This document shows positions 27,327 through 37,220 of a stretch of 64,000 bases of DNA, in pieces. A program made the position numbers and the translations under genes. A model generated the notes under the pieces. The model saw only the letters and a program-made list of their open reading frames with translations, was not told where the DNA came from and made no database searches. Origin of the DNA: Vulcanimicrobiota bacterium (GTDB lineage Bacteria > Vulcanimicrobiota > Vulcanimicrobiia > Eremiobacterales > Eremiobacteraceae); the NCBI GenBank assembly GCA_963812135.1, contig CAWETU010000001.1, positions 1,856,001 through 1,920,000 of the forward strand, given 5' to 3'. Position 1 is the first letter of the stretch, and every line of letters begins with the position of its first letter.

Positions 27327-28373
27327 TCAGGGTTTGATCCTTCGCAAGTGGTCGTAGCCTCCGGGCTCGACCGCTTCGCGTTTTCCGAGCCGCTCGAGCC
27401 ACACATGGCCTGCGCCGGGTTCGAAGCGCCCGATCGGCGTGAGCGGGCGGCCGAAGCGTTTTGCGAATGCCGCCGCGACATGCCGGAACGGCCGCGGCTC
27501 GATCGCGGCGAGCAGCTCGTAGTCGTCCCCGCCGTTGATGACGAGATCCATCGCATCCACGCCAAGCGCCTCCGCGGCAGCCGCCACTGGGCCGCTTGGA
27601 GCGAGCGCGGCCGCGTCGAGCACGAGATCCACTCCGGACGCTCGCGCCATGCGCGCGGCATCCGTCGACAGGCCGTCGGAGATATCGATGAGCGCGTGCA
27701 CGGCCGGACGCGTGCCGAAGAATTGACCTTCACGCACGCGCGCCTGCGGCGTGAAATACGCGGCGCTCAGCGTCTCGAGCATCGCGGCGTCCAGCTTGTC
27801 GGCTCGCGGCGCGCCGATCATTTTCAGCCCGGCGGCCGCCGTGCCCAGCGGGCCCGTGATGGCCGCGATGTCGCCTGGACGCGCTCCCGCGCGCGTGCGC
27901 AAGCGTGACGGACGCACTTCTCCCGCAACGGTCACGCCGAGCGTAAGCGCCGGTGTGCGCACGATGTCGCCGCCGGCGATCGCGCAGCGCACGCTTCGCG
28001 CGAGCGCTGCCAAACCTCCATACAACTCCCGCACCCAGGCTTCGTCGAGCTGCAGCGTCAGCCCAAGAGCGATCACCGCGACGGTCGGCGCACCGCCCAT
28101 CGCCGCGATGTCGGACAGGTTTTCGGCGAGCGCCTTGTGACCGAGCGCGCGCGCGCTGGTCTCAGCCAGTCTGAAATGAACGCCATCGACGAGCATGTCC
28201 GTCGTGAGCAAGCTCAGGTGATGCGGATTGGCTTTCCACGCCGCTGCATCGTCGCCGATCCCGACACGCAGCGAGCGCGGCGGCGCGCCGAGCGCTTCAA
28301 CCATCGTCGCGATCAGCTCGTCTTCGGTGAGAGGGTGCACGGTCGAATGAATTCGACCGCTGCTTAAGGACAT
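27327..28373 (-). CDS. thiL: Thiamine-monophosphate kinase (start 28373 or GTG 28340)
   Basis: GIGDDAA, TTDMLVDGVHF, NLSDIAAMGG, IDISDGL, GGDDYELL, GYDH. Confidence 0.94.
   Translation of the reverse strand: MSLSSGRIHSTVHPLTEDELIATMVEALGAPPRSLRVGIGDDAAAWKANPHHLSLLTTDMLVDGVHFRLAETSARALGHKALAENLSDIAAMGGAPTVAVIALGLTLQLDEAWVRELYGGLAALARSVRCAIAGGDIVRTPALTLGVTVAGEVRPSRLRTRAGARPGDIAAITGPLGTAAAGLKMIGAPRADKLDAAMLETLSAAYFTPQARVREGQFFGTRPAVHALIDISDGLSTDAARMARASGVDLVLDAAALAPSGPVAAAAEALGVDAMDLVINGGDDYELLAAIEPRPFRHVAAAFAKRFGRPLTPIGRFEPGAGHVWLERLGKREAVEPGGYDHLRRIKP
28340..28363 (-). repeat. REP class A copy
   Basis: GCAG-CGGTCGAA-TTCA-TTCGACCG immediately after the rpe stop. Confidence 0.8.
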
Positions 28374-29014
28374 TTCTTGCGGACCTGCGCGATCGTCGCA
28401 GCCGGATCCGCCGTGCCGTAGATCCCGGCGCCCATGACGACCGTGTCGGCGCCTGCCCGGCCGATGTCCGCGACATTGTCGAGCGTCACGCCGCCGTCGA
28501 CTTCCACTTCTATCTTGAGGCGGCGCTCGTCGATCAGCCGGCGCGCCGCGGCGATCTTGGCGGTCGACGTCGGGATGTACGACTGACCGCTGAAGCCCGG
28601 GTTCACCGACATGACGAGCAAGAGATCGATGTACGGCAATATCTCGTCGAGCACCAACAGCGATGTCGCCGGATTGATCGCCAGACCCGCGCGGGCGCCG
28701 AGCTCTTTGATGTGGTGGACGAGACGGTTGGCGTGCACGGTCGCTTCCCAATGCACCGTGACGATGTTCGCGCCGGCCTTCACGAAATCGGCGACGTAGC
28801 GTTCGGGTTCGACGATCATCAGATGGGCGTCGAACGTGAGCGGCGAGAGCGGACGGAGGTCGTGCACGATCTTGGGGCCCCACGTGATGTTCGGCACGAA
28901 GCGGCCATCCATGATATCCAAATGGAGATAGTCGGCACCGGCGCGCTCGACGATTTTGATCTGCTCGCGGATATCGGCGAAATCAGCCGACAGCAACGAA
29001 GGCGCGATCTTCAT
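28364..29014 (-). CDS. rpe: Ribulose-phosphate 3-epimerase
   Basis: IAPSLLSADF, HLDIMDGRFVPN, MSVNPGFSGQ, VDGGV. Confidence 0.97.
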   Translation of the reverse strand: MKIAPSLLSADFADIREQIKIVERAGADYLHLDIMDGRFVPNITWGPKIVHDLRPLSPLTFDAHLMIVEPERYVADFVKAGANIVTVHWEATVHANRLVHHIKELGARAGLAINPATSLLVLDEILPYIDLLLVMSVNPGFSGQSYIPTSTAKIAAARRLIDERRLKIEVEVDGGVTLDNVADIGRAGADTVVMGAGIYGTADPAATIAQVRKKCP

Positions 29015-29048
29015 ACGGCTGGCGTTCTTGGCGGCTCCGGCAGTTCCC

Positions 29049-30191
29049 TCAAAGCTGGTTCGTGTTCGTGAGCACGCCCTCGACGTAGGTCTGCACCGTG
29101 CCGGCGCCGGTCAGCGTGATGTCGAGCTGCAGCGTGAAGCCGCCTTTGGTCGTCTGGTCGTACAGATCGCGCGAGCCTGACGCATCCACTAGCACCACCC
29201 GCACTCGCTTTGGCGAGGGCAATGAGGGCAGCGCGACTTGCACGCGGATCGAGCGCGCGGCTGGCGCCGGCGATGGACTTGGCGCGCCGCTCGGGCCGGC
29301 GCTCGGCGGCGCGGATTCAGGCGCGGCGCTCGCCGCTTCTGTCGGGAGCGGCGTCGGCGACGGCGGCAACGTCGGCAGCGGCGTCGGGGTCGGCGGCGGA
29401 CCGCCGCTGACGTGCACAATGATCTTCTCTCCGACCTCGAGCGGCTGGCCGGGCAGTGGGTCTTGGGCGACGACGATGCCCCGCGGCTTGGCGTTCTTCG
29501 CGATCGGCAGCCACAGCGGCGGTCCAAGCGATACGCCGGTCTGTTTCGCGGCGACCTCCGAGAACGGCAAGCTGAGGCCGATAAAATTCGGCACGTATTC
29601 CTGCGGCCGGCCTTGGGCGACCGCGACGTCCACTTTGGTGCCGGCCGGCACGTTCGACGCAGCGATCGGGTTTTGCGACAAGATGCGTCCGGCAAAGACA
29701 GCGTCGCTGTGCTGGCTCGTCACTTTGCCGAGATCGAGCCGCGCGTTCGCGAGCGCGATCTGCGCGTCGCGCACCGACAAGCCGGTCACATCCGGCACCG
29801 CGGAGACGGTGGGACCGTCTGAGACGATCACGTCGACGATGCGGCCTTGGCGCACGTGCTCGCCGGGTGCGGGGAACTGTCCGAGTATCGCGTCCTTGGA
29901 GATCTTCTCGTCGTTGTGATGGGCGACGACGCGCAAGCTGACGCCGAACCGCACGGCGGACGCTTGCGCCGAGTCCACGTTCTGTCCGGTGAAGTCCGGC
30001 AGCACGACCACGTCGCCTGACGGCGAGAGCAGCCGGTATGCGGAGACCGAGACGACGATGATCATCACGACGAGCGCGACGAGCGCCAGTGCGAGCACCG
30101 GGATGCGGGGCATGCGAATCGTCGCCGGTCGCGACGGGGGTTGTGCGTAGCCGACGGTACGCCGGCGTTTGCGCGGTGGTCCGCTGCTCAC
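29049..30191 (-). CDS. PASTA-domain membrane protein (3 PASTA, Pro-rich linker, no kinase domain)
   Basis: TM helix then LPDFTGQ, VPDVTGLS, VPNFIGLS repeats with QxPxxG motifs. Confidence 0.88.
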   Translation of the reverse strand: MSSGPPRKRRRTVGYAQPPSRPATIRMPRIPVLALALVALVVMIIVVSVSAYRLLSPSGDVVVLPDFTGQNVDSAQASAVRFGVSLRVVAHHNDEKISKDAILGQFPAPGEHVRQGRIVDVIVSDGPTVSAVPDVTGLSVRDAQIALANARLDLGKVTSQHSDAVFAGRILSQNPIAASNVPAGTKVDVAVAQGRPQEYVPNFIGLSLPFSEVAAKQTGVSLGPPLWLPIAKNAKPRGIVVAQDPLPGQPLEVGEKIIVHVSGGPPPTPTPLPTLPPSPTPLPTEAASAAPESAPPSAGPSGAPSPSPAPAARSIRVQVALPSLPSPKRVRVVLVDASGSRDLYDQTTKGGFTLQLDITLTGAGTVQTYVEGVLTNTNQL

Positions 30192-30949
30192 GCGAGCGCT
30201 TCGAGCACGTCGACGGGGATCTCGGCGTTGGAGTACACGTGCGTCACGTCGTCGTGATCTTCAAGCGCGTCGAGGAGCTTCAGGACCGCAGGCGCGCTTT
30301 CGCGGGTCACATCGACCTGCGATTTGGCGAGCAGCTCGAGCGACGCGGCTGCAACGGTGAGTCCGCGCGGTTGGAGCAACGTGCGTTCGATTTCTGCACG
30401 GACGTGACCGAGCGCGCGCGGCTCCGTGATAATGTCCGCGCCGTCGCGCTCGAGCTTGACGTCGACGACGCCATCGACGATCGCGCAGTCGAGCAGTTCG
30501 CTCTCGGAGATGCCCGCGGTCGGAATGCTGATCACGCCGCGCTCTTCGAAGAGCCAGCCGACGCTGCCGGTCTCGCCGAGGTTGCCGCCGTTGCGCGAGA
30601 ACACGTAGCGCATCTCGGACGCCGTGCGGTTGCGGTTGTCGGTCACCGCATCCACGATCACCGCGACGCCGTTCGGGCCATAGCCCTCATAGCGGATCTC
30701 TTCGAACGCGTCGCCCTTGCCGGCGCCCGACGCTCGTGCGATCGCACGCTTGATGTTGTCCATCGGCATGTTGTTGTCGCGCGCTTTGGCGACCGCCATC
30801 TTCAGCTTGAAATTAGCTTCGGGATCCGGCGAGCCGGAACGCGCCGCGACGATGATCTCTTTGCTCAGCTTGGTGAAGAGCTGCCCGCGCTGCGCGTCGA
30901 CCTTGCCCTTCTTGAGCTTGATGTTGTGCCATTTGGAATGTCCGGACAT
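30188..30949 (-). CDS. YebC/PmpR-family protein
   Basis: MSGHSKWHNIK, YEGYGPNG, TDNRNRT, LEDHDDV. Confidence 0.95.
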   Translation of the reverse strand: MSGHSKWHNIKLKKGKVDAQRGQLFTKLSKEIIVAARSGSPDPEANFKLKMAVAKARDNNMPMDNIKRAIARASGAGKGDAFEEIRYEGYGPNGVAVIVDAVTDNRNRTASEMRYVFSRNGGNLGETGSVGWLFEERGVISIPTAGISESELLDCAIVDGVVDVKLERDGADIITEPRALGHVRAEIERTLLQPRGLTVAAASLELLAKSQVDVTRESAPAVLKLLDALEDHDDVTHVYSNAEIPVDVLEALA

Positions 30950-30955
30950 GGTGCG

Positions 30956-31690
30956 CTATGCCTGTTGGCGCTGTGCGACCGGCGGGTTGAGCGGCTTACC
31001 CATGCGCAAGCGCACGATGTCGCGGATCGTCCGCAGGATGACTTTGGGCGTCGCGCCCTTGGAGACGCCGGTGGTGCGGGGGTAGTGATGCACGCCGATC
31101 TCCTTGACCGGCACGCCGTTGCGCTTGAGTTTGATCAGCAGCTCCGAGCTGATGAACGCGCCGTTGGATTCGAGGTCGACCCCGCGCAGCGTCTCGCGTC
31201 GCAGAAGCTTCCAGGCGCAGTCGATGTCGCGGATGCGCAGCCCGAACACCATCCAAATGATGAAGCGATACGTCTTCGCGATGAACAGTCGATGCCATGG
31301 ATCGCTGCGCTTGATGCGATAACCGGCGACGACCGGCGTGCTGCGCGCCAGCTCGAGCGTCGCGGGCAGCTCGCCGAGGTCGAACTGACCGTCCGCATCG
31401 GAGAAGAACACGAGGTCTTTGGTCGCGCTGGCGAATCCCGTGCGCAGGGCGGCGCCATAGCCGCGGTTGACGTCGTGGAGCACCAGCCGGACGCGCGGGT
31501 CTTCGCCTGCCAGCGACTCGACGATCTGCGCGGTGCCGTCGGCGCTGCCGTCGTCGACGACGATCACTTCGAAGTCGGATACGTCGCGCTGCGCCGCGCC
31601 GACCGCATTGCGCACGGTGCGCTCGATGATGCCTTCCTCGTTGAACGCCGGGAAGAAGATGGAAAGCGACCGAGCGGCTACGTCGGCCAC
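30956..31690 (-). CDS. GT2 glycosyltransferase, DPM1-like (polyprenol-phosphate sugar synthase)
   Basis: PAFNEE, VDDGSAD, NRGYGAA, SDADGQF, DIDCAWK. Confidence 0.88.
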   Translation of the reverse strand: MADVAARSLSIFFPAFNEEGIIERTVRNAVGAAQRDVSDFEVIVVDDGSADGTAQIVESLAGEDPRVRLVLHDVNRGYGAALRTGFASATKDLVFFSDADGQFDLGELPATLELARSTPVVAGYRIKRSDPWHRLFIAKTYRFIIWMVFGLRIRDIDCAWKLLRRETLRGVDLESNGAFISSELLIKLKRNGVPVKEIGVHHYPRTTGVSKGATPKVILRTIRDIVRLRMGKPLNPPVAQRQQA

Positions 31691-31691
31691 G

Positions 31692-34600
31692 TCAGATCCA
31701 GCCGATACAATCTTGTTTTTGCCCGGGATTGCAAGCCCACGGCAGCCACATGTGCTCCGACCATGTCTTCTCTGGAATCACCACATATCCCAGAATCGGG
31801 TAGAAATAGGCGAAGCTGATCACGCACAGCGCGAGATAGGCGGCGGCCGCTATACGCACGGCAAACAGACGGTTCGGCTCTTCTTTCACTGCGGCACTCG
31901 CCCAACGCCAGAGTCGCAACAAGACATACGCGGTGCACAGGCATACCAATGCGGTGTTATTGTAGATGTTATATTGGAAGTCGATGCGCGGCGAGCCGAC
32001 CCACGGCAGCCAGTGCAAGAACGTGGCGCCGACGACGATCAGCATGCCTTTATGCCGTTCGCGCCAGGCCCAGATGCCGGCCAGCGGCACCGTGATCAGC
32101 CCGGCAATCCAGACGAATGGGTTGGGGAGGGCCAGCACTTCGGCGCGCAGCCCCAGCGGATTCGGGTTTACGACACTACCGTCGTAGGCGTACGCGACCG
32201 GCCGGATGTCGAGCGGCCACGTCCACCAGGGTGAGGCGTACACGTGCGTCGCGCGCAGGTTGTTGTGATATTCGTACATCGTATGCTGCAGATTGAGCAT
32301 GTCTTGGAACGTGCGGCCCAAGCTGAAGAACGGGATGTACGTCAGCACGTAGAGCGTCATGCCGAACAAAACGATGCCGCCGACGAACAGCGGGAGGCGC
32401 GAGCCGAGCGGATTGCCCCACAGCAGGCGACGCGGCAGATCGAGATCCAGCTTGAGATCGTGATCGCGCCAGCGCCAGAAGGTCGGCAAATAGCCCTGCA
32501 GCGTCACGAGCACTGCGGCGATGAGCAGCGTCGCGATGTCGAAGATGCCATACCACTTGCTCGCGCTCACCGCACCCAATGCGAGCCCCGTGAGGATAAG
32601 CCACACGACCCATTGCTGCTTGTCGAGGAACGACGCACCGGCGGCCGTGCCGGTGATGGCGCCATCCGCTTGCCAGCGCACGCTCGTCTCGCCTTCGGTC
32701 AGCGAGACGCCTTCCGCGCTCCACGCCGCCTTTTGGATCCCGTCATTGTAGCTCGCGCCCTTGATCGGCCGCTGCTCACCTGACGGGAATGTCAGAGTTC
32801 CGCTTTGGGCAACGCTGCCGTCCGGATAGACCGCGATTTTTCCGTCGACACGTTCGAGCGCGAGACGCCGGGCCCAAACCGCGCAAAACGCCGCAAGGAG
32901 CGCCATGAACGCGAGGAAGATATACCATGAGATCGCCGGCGGCGTCTTGGATGGATCGTAGAACGCCACTTCGAGCCCGACGAACACGATGATCCCGACA
33001 GCCACGCCGATCGTCGCGAGGGTCGACTGGTGGTCGGGATACGAGCCTTTGATGCGGCGCACGATCTGACCGGCGGTGAAGAACCGATAGCCGCAATACA
33101 GCGCGCACAGCGAGAACAGCCCGACGAAGATGTCAGGCAACGCGGTGCGTGCCTGCACGAAGAAGAATCCGCTCGTCATCAGCAGCAGCACTGATATCAC
33201 CGCCGCGGCGGTCGACGCGAACATCCGCTTGGCGAACGCGTACAGCACCGGCACGGTCGCGATGCCGGCGAGCGCGCACGCGATCCGCGAGCTGACTGGA
33301 TCGCCGATCTGGTTCTTCGCGAAGAAGCCGCCGAGCGAGGGTAGCCAGATCTGGAAGAACCACGACGTCGCCGCCATGAACAGCTTGGGCAGCGGCGGAT
33401 GGGTCCACTCGAAGACGTCGACGTGCTGCAGATATTCCTGCGCAGAGCGCGCGTAGTAGATCTCGTCAAAGATTCGACCGGGGGGCAACCCGATCCGATA
33501 CAGCAGCAAGAACGCGGTCGCGGCCGTCAGCCCCAAGAGGATGAGCCAATCGCGGCGCGTCATCGCGACGAGCCCCTCGATCAGCTGCGGCGAGCGGCGC
33601 GGGGGTGAGCGCGGCGCGCGCGCGCCGGAGGTGAACCACAGCTTGACCTTCTCGTCGAACTCCTCGATCAGATAGATGCTCGCGACCGCGAAGAAGCAGA
33701 GCACGTTGACGATCGAAAGCGAGTGCACGAGCAACGGGTTGAGGTCGGCGCTCGGCGTTTTGAGATATGCGAGCCCGTAGAACAGATCGACGATGAACGT
33801 CGCCGCCAAGGCGAGCGTCACGATGCGCTGCACCGCGCCAAGCGGCCGGACGAACACGATGAGCACGATCGCGGTGAAGATGTAGCGCTCGTGCATGCGC
33901 GTCAGCAACATGAAGTAGCCGAGCATGACGAGGAAGCAGGCGGACAAGAAGCTGTTCTCTGCCTCTTGACGCGAGACGTCCGGACCGGTGGTGCGCCACT
34001 GTCTGAGCGCGAACGCGACGAGGAAACCGAGGAAGATGCACACGCCCCACAGCCACAGTGGGCCGAGCGAAGCGCCGTTGAAGACCAGACGCACGGGGAT
34101 CGCGACGACCAGCCCCGCCACCGCGGCCGCGATCCACGACATGGTGGGGCTGACTTTCTCTCGGAACGCCTGGTACGAGAGAATGCCGACCAGCGCTCCG
34201 AAAAGCGCTGCGATGCTCCACGCGATGAGCGGCTCGAGGCGCGCGATGACGACATGCTGGAGATCAGACTGCCAGAAGTCGTTCTTCATCGAATACAGGT
34301 TGAACGCGTTGACCGAGTTATACGGATAACCGTCGCGCCCGTGCGCGTACGTTCCGTAGAGCCACTGGAACAGCGCGATCGGCGGTCTGAAGAACCAACT
34401 CAGGAAGGCCGCAGCGGTGGCGATAAAATGATTTCCGCTTTCCAAGAGATTCGAGAATCCCGGAATCGCCGCCAGCAGTGACGGGCCCGGATAGAACGGC
34501 GCCGTTCCGAGATACATGACGAGCAGCGCGACCGCTGGAATCGTCGCGAGCCGCCACGTGATGCCTTGGCGGCGGATCTGCCACAACAGGAAGAGCGGCG

Positions 34601-35276
34601 CAACGGCGATCGGGTGCGGTTTGATCAGCACCGCGAACGCGAGGCTCGCCCACGCCCATTCGTAGCGCTCGGTGAGCGCGAGATAGATCGCCCAGACGAG
34701 GAAGAGCGCGGCGACCGAATCGGCTTGGCCCCAGTACGCCGACAAGAATGCGATGTCGGGATTGAGGATCGTGATGATGGCGCCACCGACCAATGCGGTC
34801 TGCGTCGACCAGTTGCGCCGCATGATGAGATAGGTGAGGTAGACGAGGCCTACGTCGGCGAGAATCGCCGGCAATTTCACCGCGACGATCAGCGTGTCGA
34901 TGCCGTGGCGCGCCAGCCCCATCGCATCCATCAGCGAATGCAGTCCGGCGGCGCCCCACAAGAAGAGCATGTAGCCCGGTGGATAGTCGATGAACTGGAC
35001 GTGCGTGTAGAAGCCGCTCGGGCCGTACTGCGAGAGCACAAGCAGCCAGTTCTCGAACGTCGAGATGTCGGTCGCGTGGCCGATGAGCATGATCGGCAAC
35101 AGCCGCAAAACGAACGCCGCCGCGCAAAGGGCGGCGATGTTCACGATCTCGTTGCGGGTGAGCGGGGTGCCGGCAGCGCCAGCGCCGTCATTTCCCCCGG
35201 TGCTCACGGCTTTGGGGCGCCCATCAGCGCCGGAAGCGACTGCCGTTTTGGGCACCGCAGGATTGCGTTGTGACAC
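31692..35276 (-). CDS. Large polytopic glycosyltransferase: N-terminal GT-C domain plus C-terminal protein O-mannosyltransferase (PMT)-like domain
   Basis: N-half DYPPGY, KLPAILAD, WGQADS, MHERY; C-half IFDEIYYA, EWTHPPL, ASKW, HVYASPWWTWP. Confidence 0.85.
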   Translation of the reverse strand: MSQRNPAVPKTAVASGADGRPKAVSTGGNDGAGAAGTPLTRNEIVNIAALCAAAFVLRLLPIMLIGHATDISTFENWLLVLSQYGPSGFYTHVQFIDYPPGYMLFLWGAAGLHSLMDAMGLARHGIDTLIVAVKLPAILADVGLVYLTYLIMRRNWSTQTALVGGAIITILNPDIAFLSAYWGQADSVAALFLVWAIYLALTERYEWAWASLAFAVLIKPHPIAVAPLFLLWQIRRQGITWRLATIPAVALLVMYLGTAPFYPGPSLLAAIPGFSNLLESGNHFIATAAAFLSWFFRPPIALFQWLYGTYAHGRDGYPYNSVNAFNLYSMKNDFWQSDLQHVVIARLEPLIAWSIAALFGALVGILSYQAFREKVSPTMSWIAAAVAGLVVAIPVRLVFNGASLGPLWLWGVCIFLGFLVAFALRQWRTTGPDVSRQEAENSFLSACFLVMLGYFMLLTRMHERYIFTAIVLIVFVRPLGAVQRIVTLALAATFIVDLFYGLAYLKTPSADLNPLLVHSLSIVNVLCFFAVASIYLIEEFDEKVKLWFTSGARAPRSPPRRSPQLIEGLVAMTRRDWLILLGLTAATAFLLLYRIGLPPGRIFDEIYYARSAQEYLQHVDVFEWTHPPLPKLFMAATSWFFQIWLPSLGGFFAKNQIGDPVSSRIACALAGIATVPVLYAFAKRMFASTAAAVISVLLLMTSGFFFVQARTALPDIFVGLFSLCALYCGYRFFTAGQIVRRIKGSYPDHQSTLATIGVAVGIIVFVGLEVAFYDPSKTPPAISWYIFLAFMALLAAFCAVWARRLALERVDGKIAVYPDGSVAQSGTLTFPSGEQRPIKGASYNDGIQKAAWSAEGVSLTEGETSVRWQADGAITGTAAGASFLDKQQWVVWLILTGLALGAVSASKWYGIFDIATLLIAAVLVTLQGYLPTFWRWRDHDLKLDLDLPRRLLWGNPLGSRLPLFVGGIVLFGMTLYVLTYIPFFSLGRTFQDMLNLQHTMYEYHNNLRATHVYASPWWTWPLDIRPVAYAYDGSVVNPNPLGLRAEVLALPNPFVWIAGLITVPLAGIWAWRERHKGMLIVVGATFLHWLPWVGSPRIDFQYNIYNNTALVCLCTAYVLLRLWRWASAAVKEEPNRLFAVRIAAAAYLALCVISFAYFYPILGYVVIPEKTWSEHMWLPWACNPGQKQDCIGWI

Positions 35277-35334
35277 GACTGCTTCGGTTCTCCTGATGGG
35301 ACGTTTGGAACCTGCCGCGCGGGCGATCTATGCG

Positions 35335-36345
35335 TCAGGCACCCGGTGCGCTCCACTCTTGGATGAAGCGCTGTAACGCTTCGCTCGCGCGCGCCTGCTC
35401 GGACGCTTTTGCGAAGAATCCGGCCGCTGCGTCGTGTGCAGCCTCGCGCGCGCCGCAGCGCTCGAGCGCGTTTCGTATATCTTTGATATCGGCGTCAGCG
35501 ACGCCGGGCTCAACCCGCGCGTATGCGCGAGCGATGATGGCTCCCGCGCCGCTGCGGTCGTGCTCGGCGGCCCACACGATCGGATACGTGTGCTTGCGGC
35601 GCTCGATATCGCCGCTCGCGGTTTTCCCCGTGGCTTCGCGCGCCGCCCAGATGCCGAGCTCGTCGTCGCGGATCTGAAATCCGAGACCGAAAAGCCGACC
35701 GATCTCCGCACAGCGCTCGACTTCTGCTTCGTGTGCGCGCGCGAGCGACGCGCAGCGTGCGCCGAGCGACGCCGCGCACGCGAACAGCGCTGCGGTCTTC
35801 CCCTCGATCATCGCGAGATACTCGGCAAGCGTGACTTGCGACGCGCCTTCTGCGGCCAGGTCCAACGCTTGTCCTTCGCACATCTGCACGTGCGCGGTCG
35901 CCAGATCGGTCAGCATCGCGTGGGCAACGGTCGGGCCGAGCGCCGTCGCGCTGCGGGCGAGCGCAGCGTACGCGAGCGCGCCGACCGCGTCGCCGGCGTT
36001 GATGCCGTGCGCGATGCCGTATTTGGCCCACAGCGTCTCGCGGCCGCGCCGCAGACGGTCGCCGTCTTCGATGTCGTCGTGGATGAGCGAGTAGTTGTGG
36101 AGCAGTTCGATGGCGGCGCACGCGGGCAGCGCGTCTTCGAGCTTGGCGCCGAGCGCCGTCGCGGCGGCCAGCACGAGACGTGGTCGCAGGCGCTTGCCGC
36201 GCCGCGCGGCGGGCCCGGCGAAATGGTGCTCGATCTGCGCGGCGAGCGGGTTGCCGTGCGCTTGCGCTTCTAAGAAGTGCTTGAGATAAAACTCGAATGC
36301 TTCGAGCGCTTCTTCTTCCACCGCGCTCGCGGGGCTGCTGCCCAA
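35335..36345 (-). CDS. Polyprenyl diphosphate synthase
   Basis: GKRLRP, LIHDDIED..RRG, GKTAALF, FQIRDD. Confidence 0.92.
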   Translation of the reverse strand: MGSSPASAVEEEALEAFEFYLKHFLEAQAHGNPLAAQIEHHFAGPAARRGKRLRPRLVLAAATALGAKLEDALPACAAIELLHNYSLIHDDIEDGDRLRRGRETLWAKYGIAHGINAGDAVGALAYAALARSATALGPTVAHAMLTDLATAHVQMCEGQALDLAAEGASQVTLAEYLAMIEGKTAALFACAASLGARCASLARAHEAEVERCAEIGRLFGLGFQIRDDELGIWAAREATGKTASGDIERRKHTYPIVWAAEHDRSGAGAIIARAYARVEPGVADADIKDIRNALERCGAREAAHDAAAGFFAKASEQARASEALQRFIQEWSAPGA

Positions 36346-36349
36346 TGAG

Positions 36350-37207
36350 CTATCGAGCGACGGCTTGCGCCGCCGGGAACCAGTCGAGCAGCTTTTGCTC
36401 TACTTCGTCGGCCAAAAAGCCAGGCGTCGATGCGCCGGTGGCGATACCGACGCGCTCGTCGCCGGTGAACCACTCGCGCCGCACGTCGCCGGCGTTCTCG
36501 ACGAGGTGCGCCTTGGCGCCCTCGCCTTCCGAGATCTCGGCGAGGTGGCGCGTGTTCGCCGACTTCGATCCGCCGACGACGATCATCACGTCGACGTCGC
36601 GCGCCAGCTCGCGCGCTGAGAGCTGCCGGCCTTGCGTGTCGGGGCAGATCGTGTTGTAGATGCGCGTCTCGTAGTTGATCGCGGCGATCTTGGCGACCAG
36701 CTCTTTGAACTTGTCCTCGTTGAGCGTGCTCTGCGACACGATCGCGATGCGGCGCATCTTGCGGATCTGCGATTCATCTGCCGGCCATTCGTTGAGCACG
36801 ACCGCGCCCGGCACGTGGCCGGCGATGCCGCGCACTTCAGGATGGTTCGGATCGCCGAGGATGATGACGCTGCGGCCTTCTTCTTGCAGCTTCTTCGCGA
36901 GCTTTTGGGTGCGCGTGACCATGGGGCACGTCGCGTCGACCACTCGCAAGCCTTTTTGCTCCGCTTGCTCGAGGGTTTGGGGCGGCAGGCCGTGCGCCCG
37001 GACGAAGAGCGTGCCGGAATCGATGTCGTCGATGGACTCGGCGTTCTTGAGCCCGCGATCTTCGAGCTCTTTGACGATGAGCGGGTTGTGGACGATGTTG
37101 CCCATGGTGTGCACGTCGCCGCGGGTCGCCGTCTCGGCAAGCGCTTTCTTGTACGTCAGCTCGACGCCGAAGCAGAACCCTTGCGTGCGCGCCTTGAGAA
37201 TCTCCAT
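36350..37207 (-). CDS. ispH: 4-hydroxy-3-methylbut-2-enyl diphosphate reductase
   Basis: GFCFGV, IVHN, DATCP, TICPDT, SANT, GASTP. Confidence 0.96.
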   Translation of the reverse strand: MEILKARTQGFCFGVELTYKKALAETATRGDVHTMGNIVHNPLIVKELEDRGLKNAESIDDIDSGTLFVRAHGLPPQTLEQAEQKGLRVVDATCPMVTRTQKLAKKLQEEGRSVIILGDPNHPEVRGIAGHVPGAVVLNEWPADESQIRKMRRIAIVSQSTLNEDKFKELVAKIAAINYETRIYNTICPDTQGRQLSARELARDVDVMIVVGGSKSANTRHLAEISEGEGAKAHLVENAGDVRREWFTGDERVGIATGASTPGFLADEVEQKLLDWFPAAQAVAR

Positions 37208-37220
37208 GGGCCTCCAGTCT

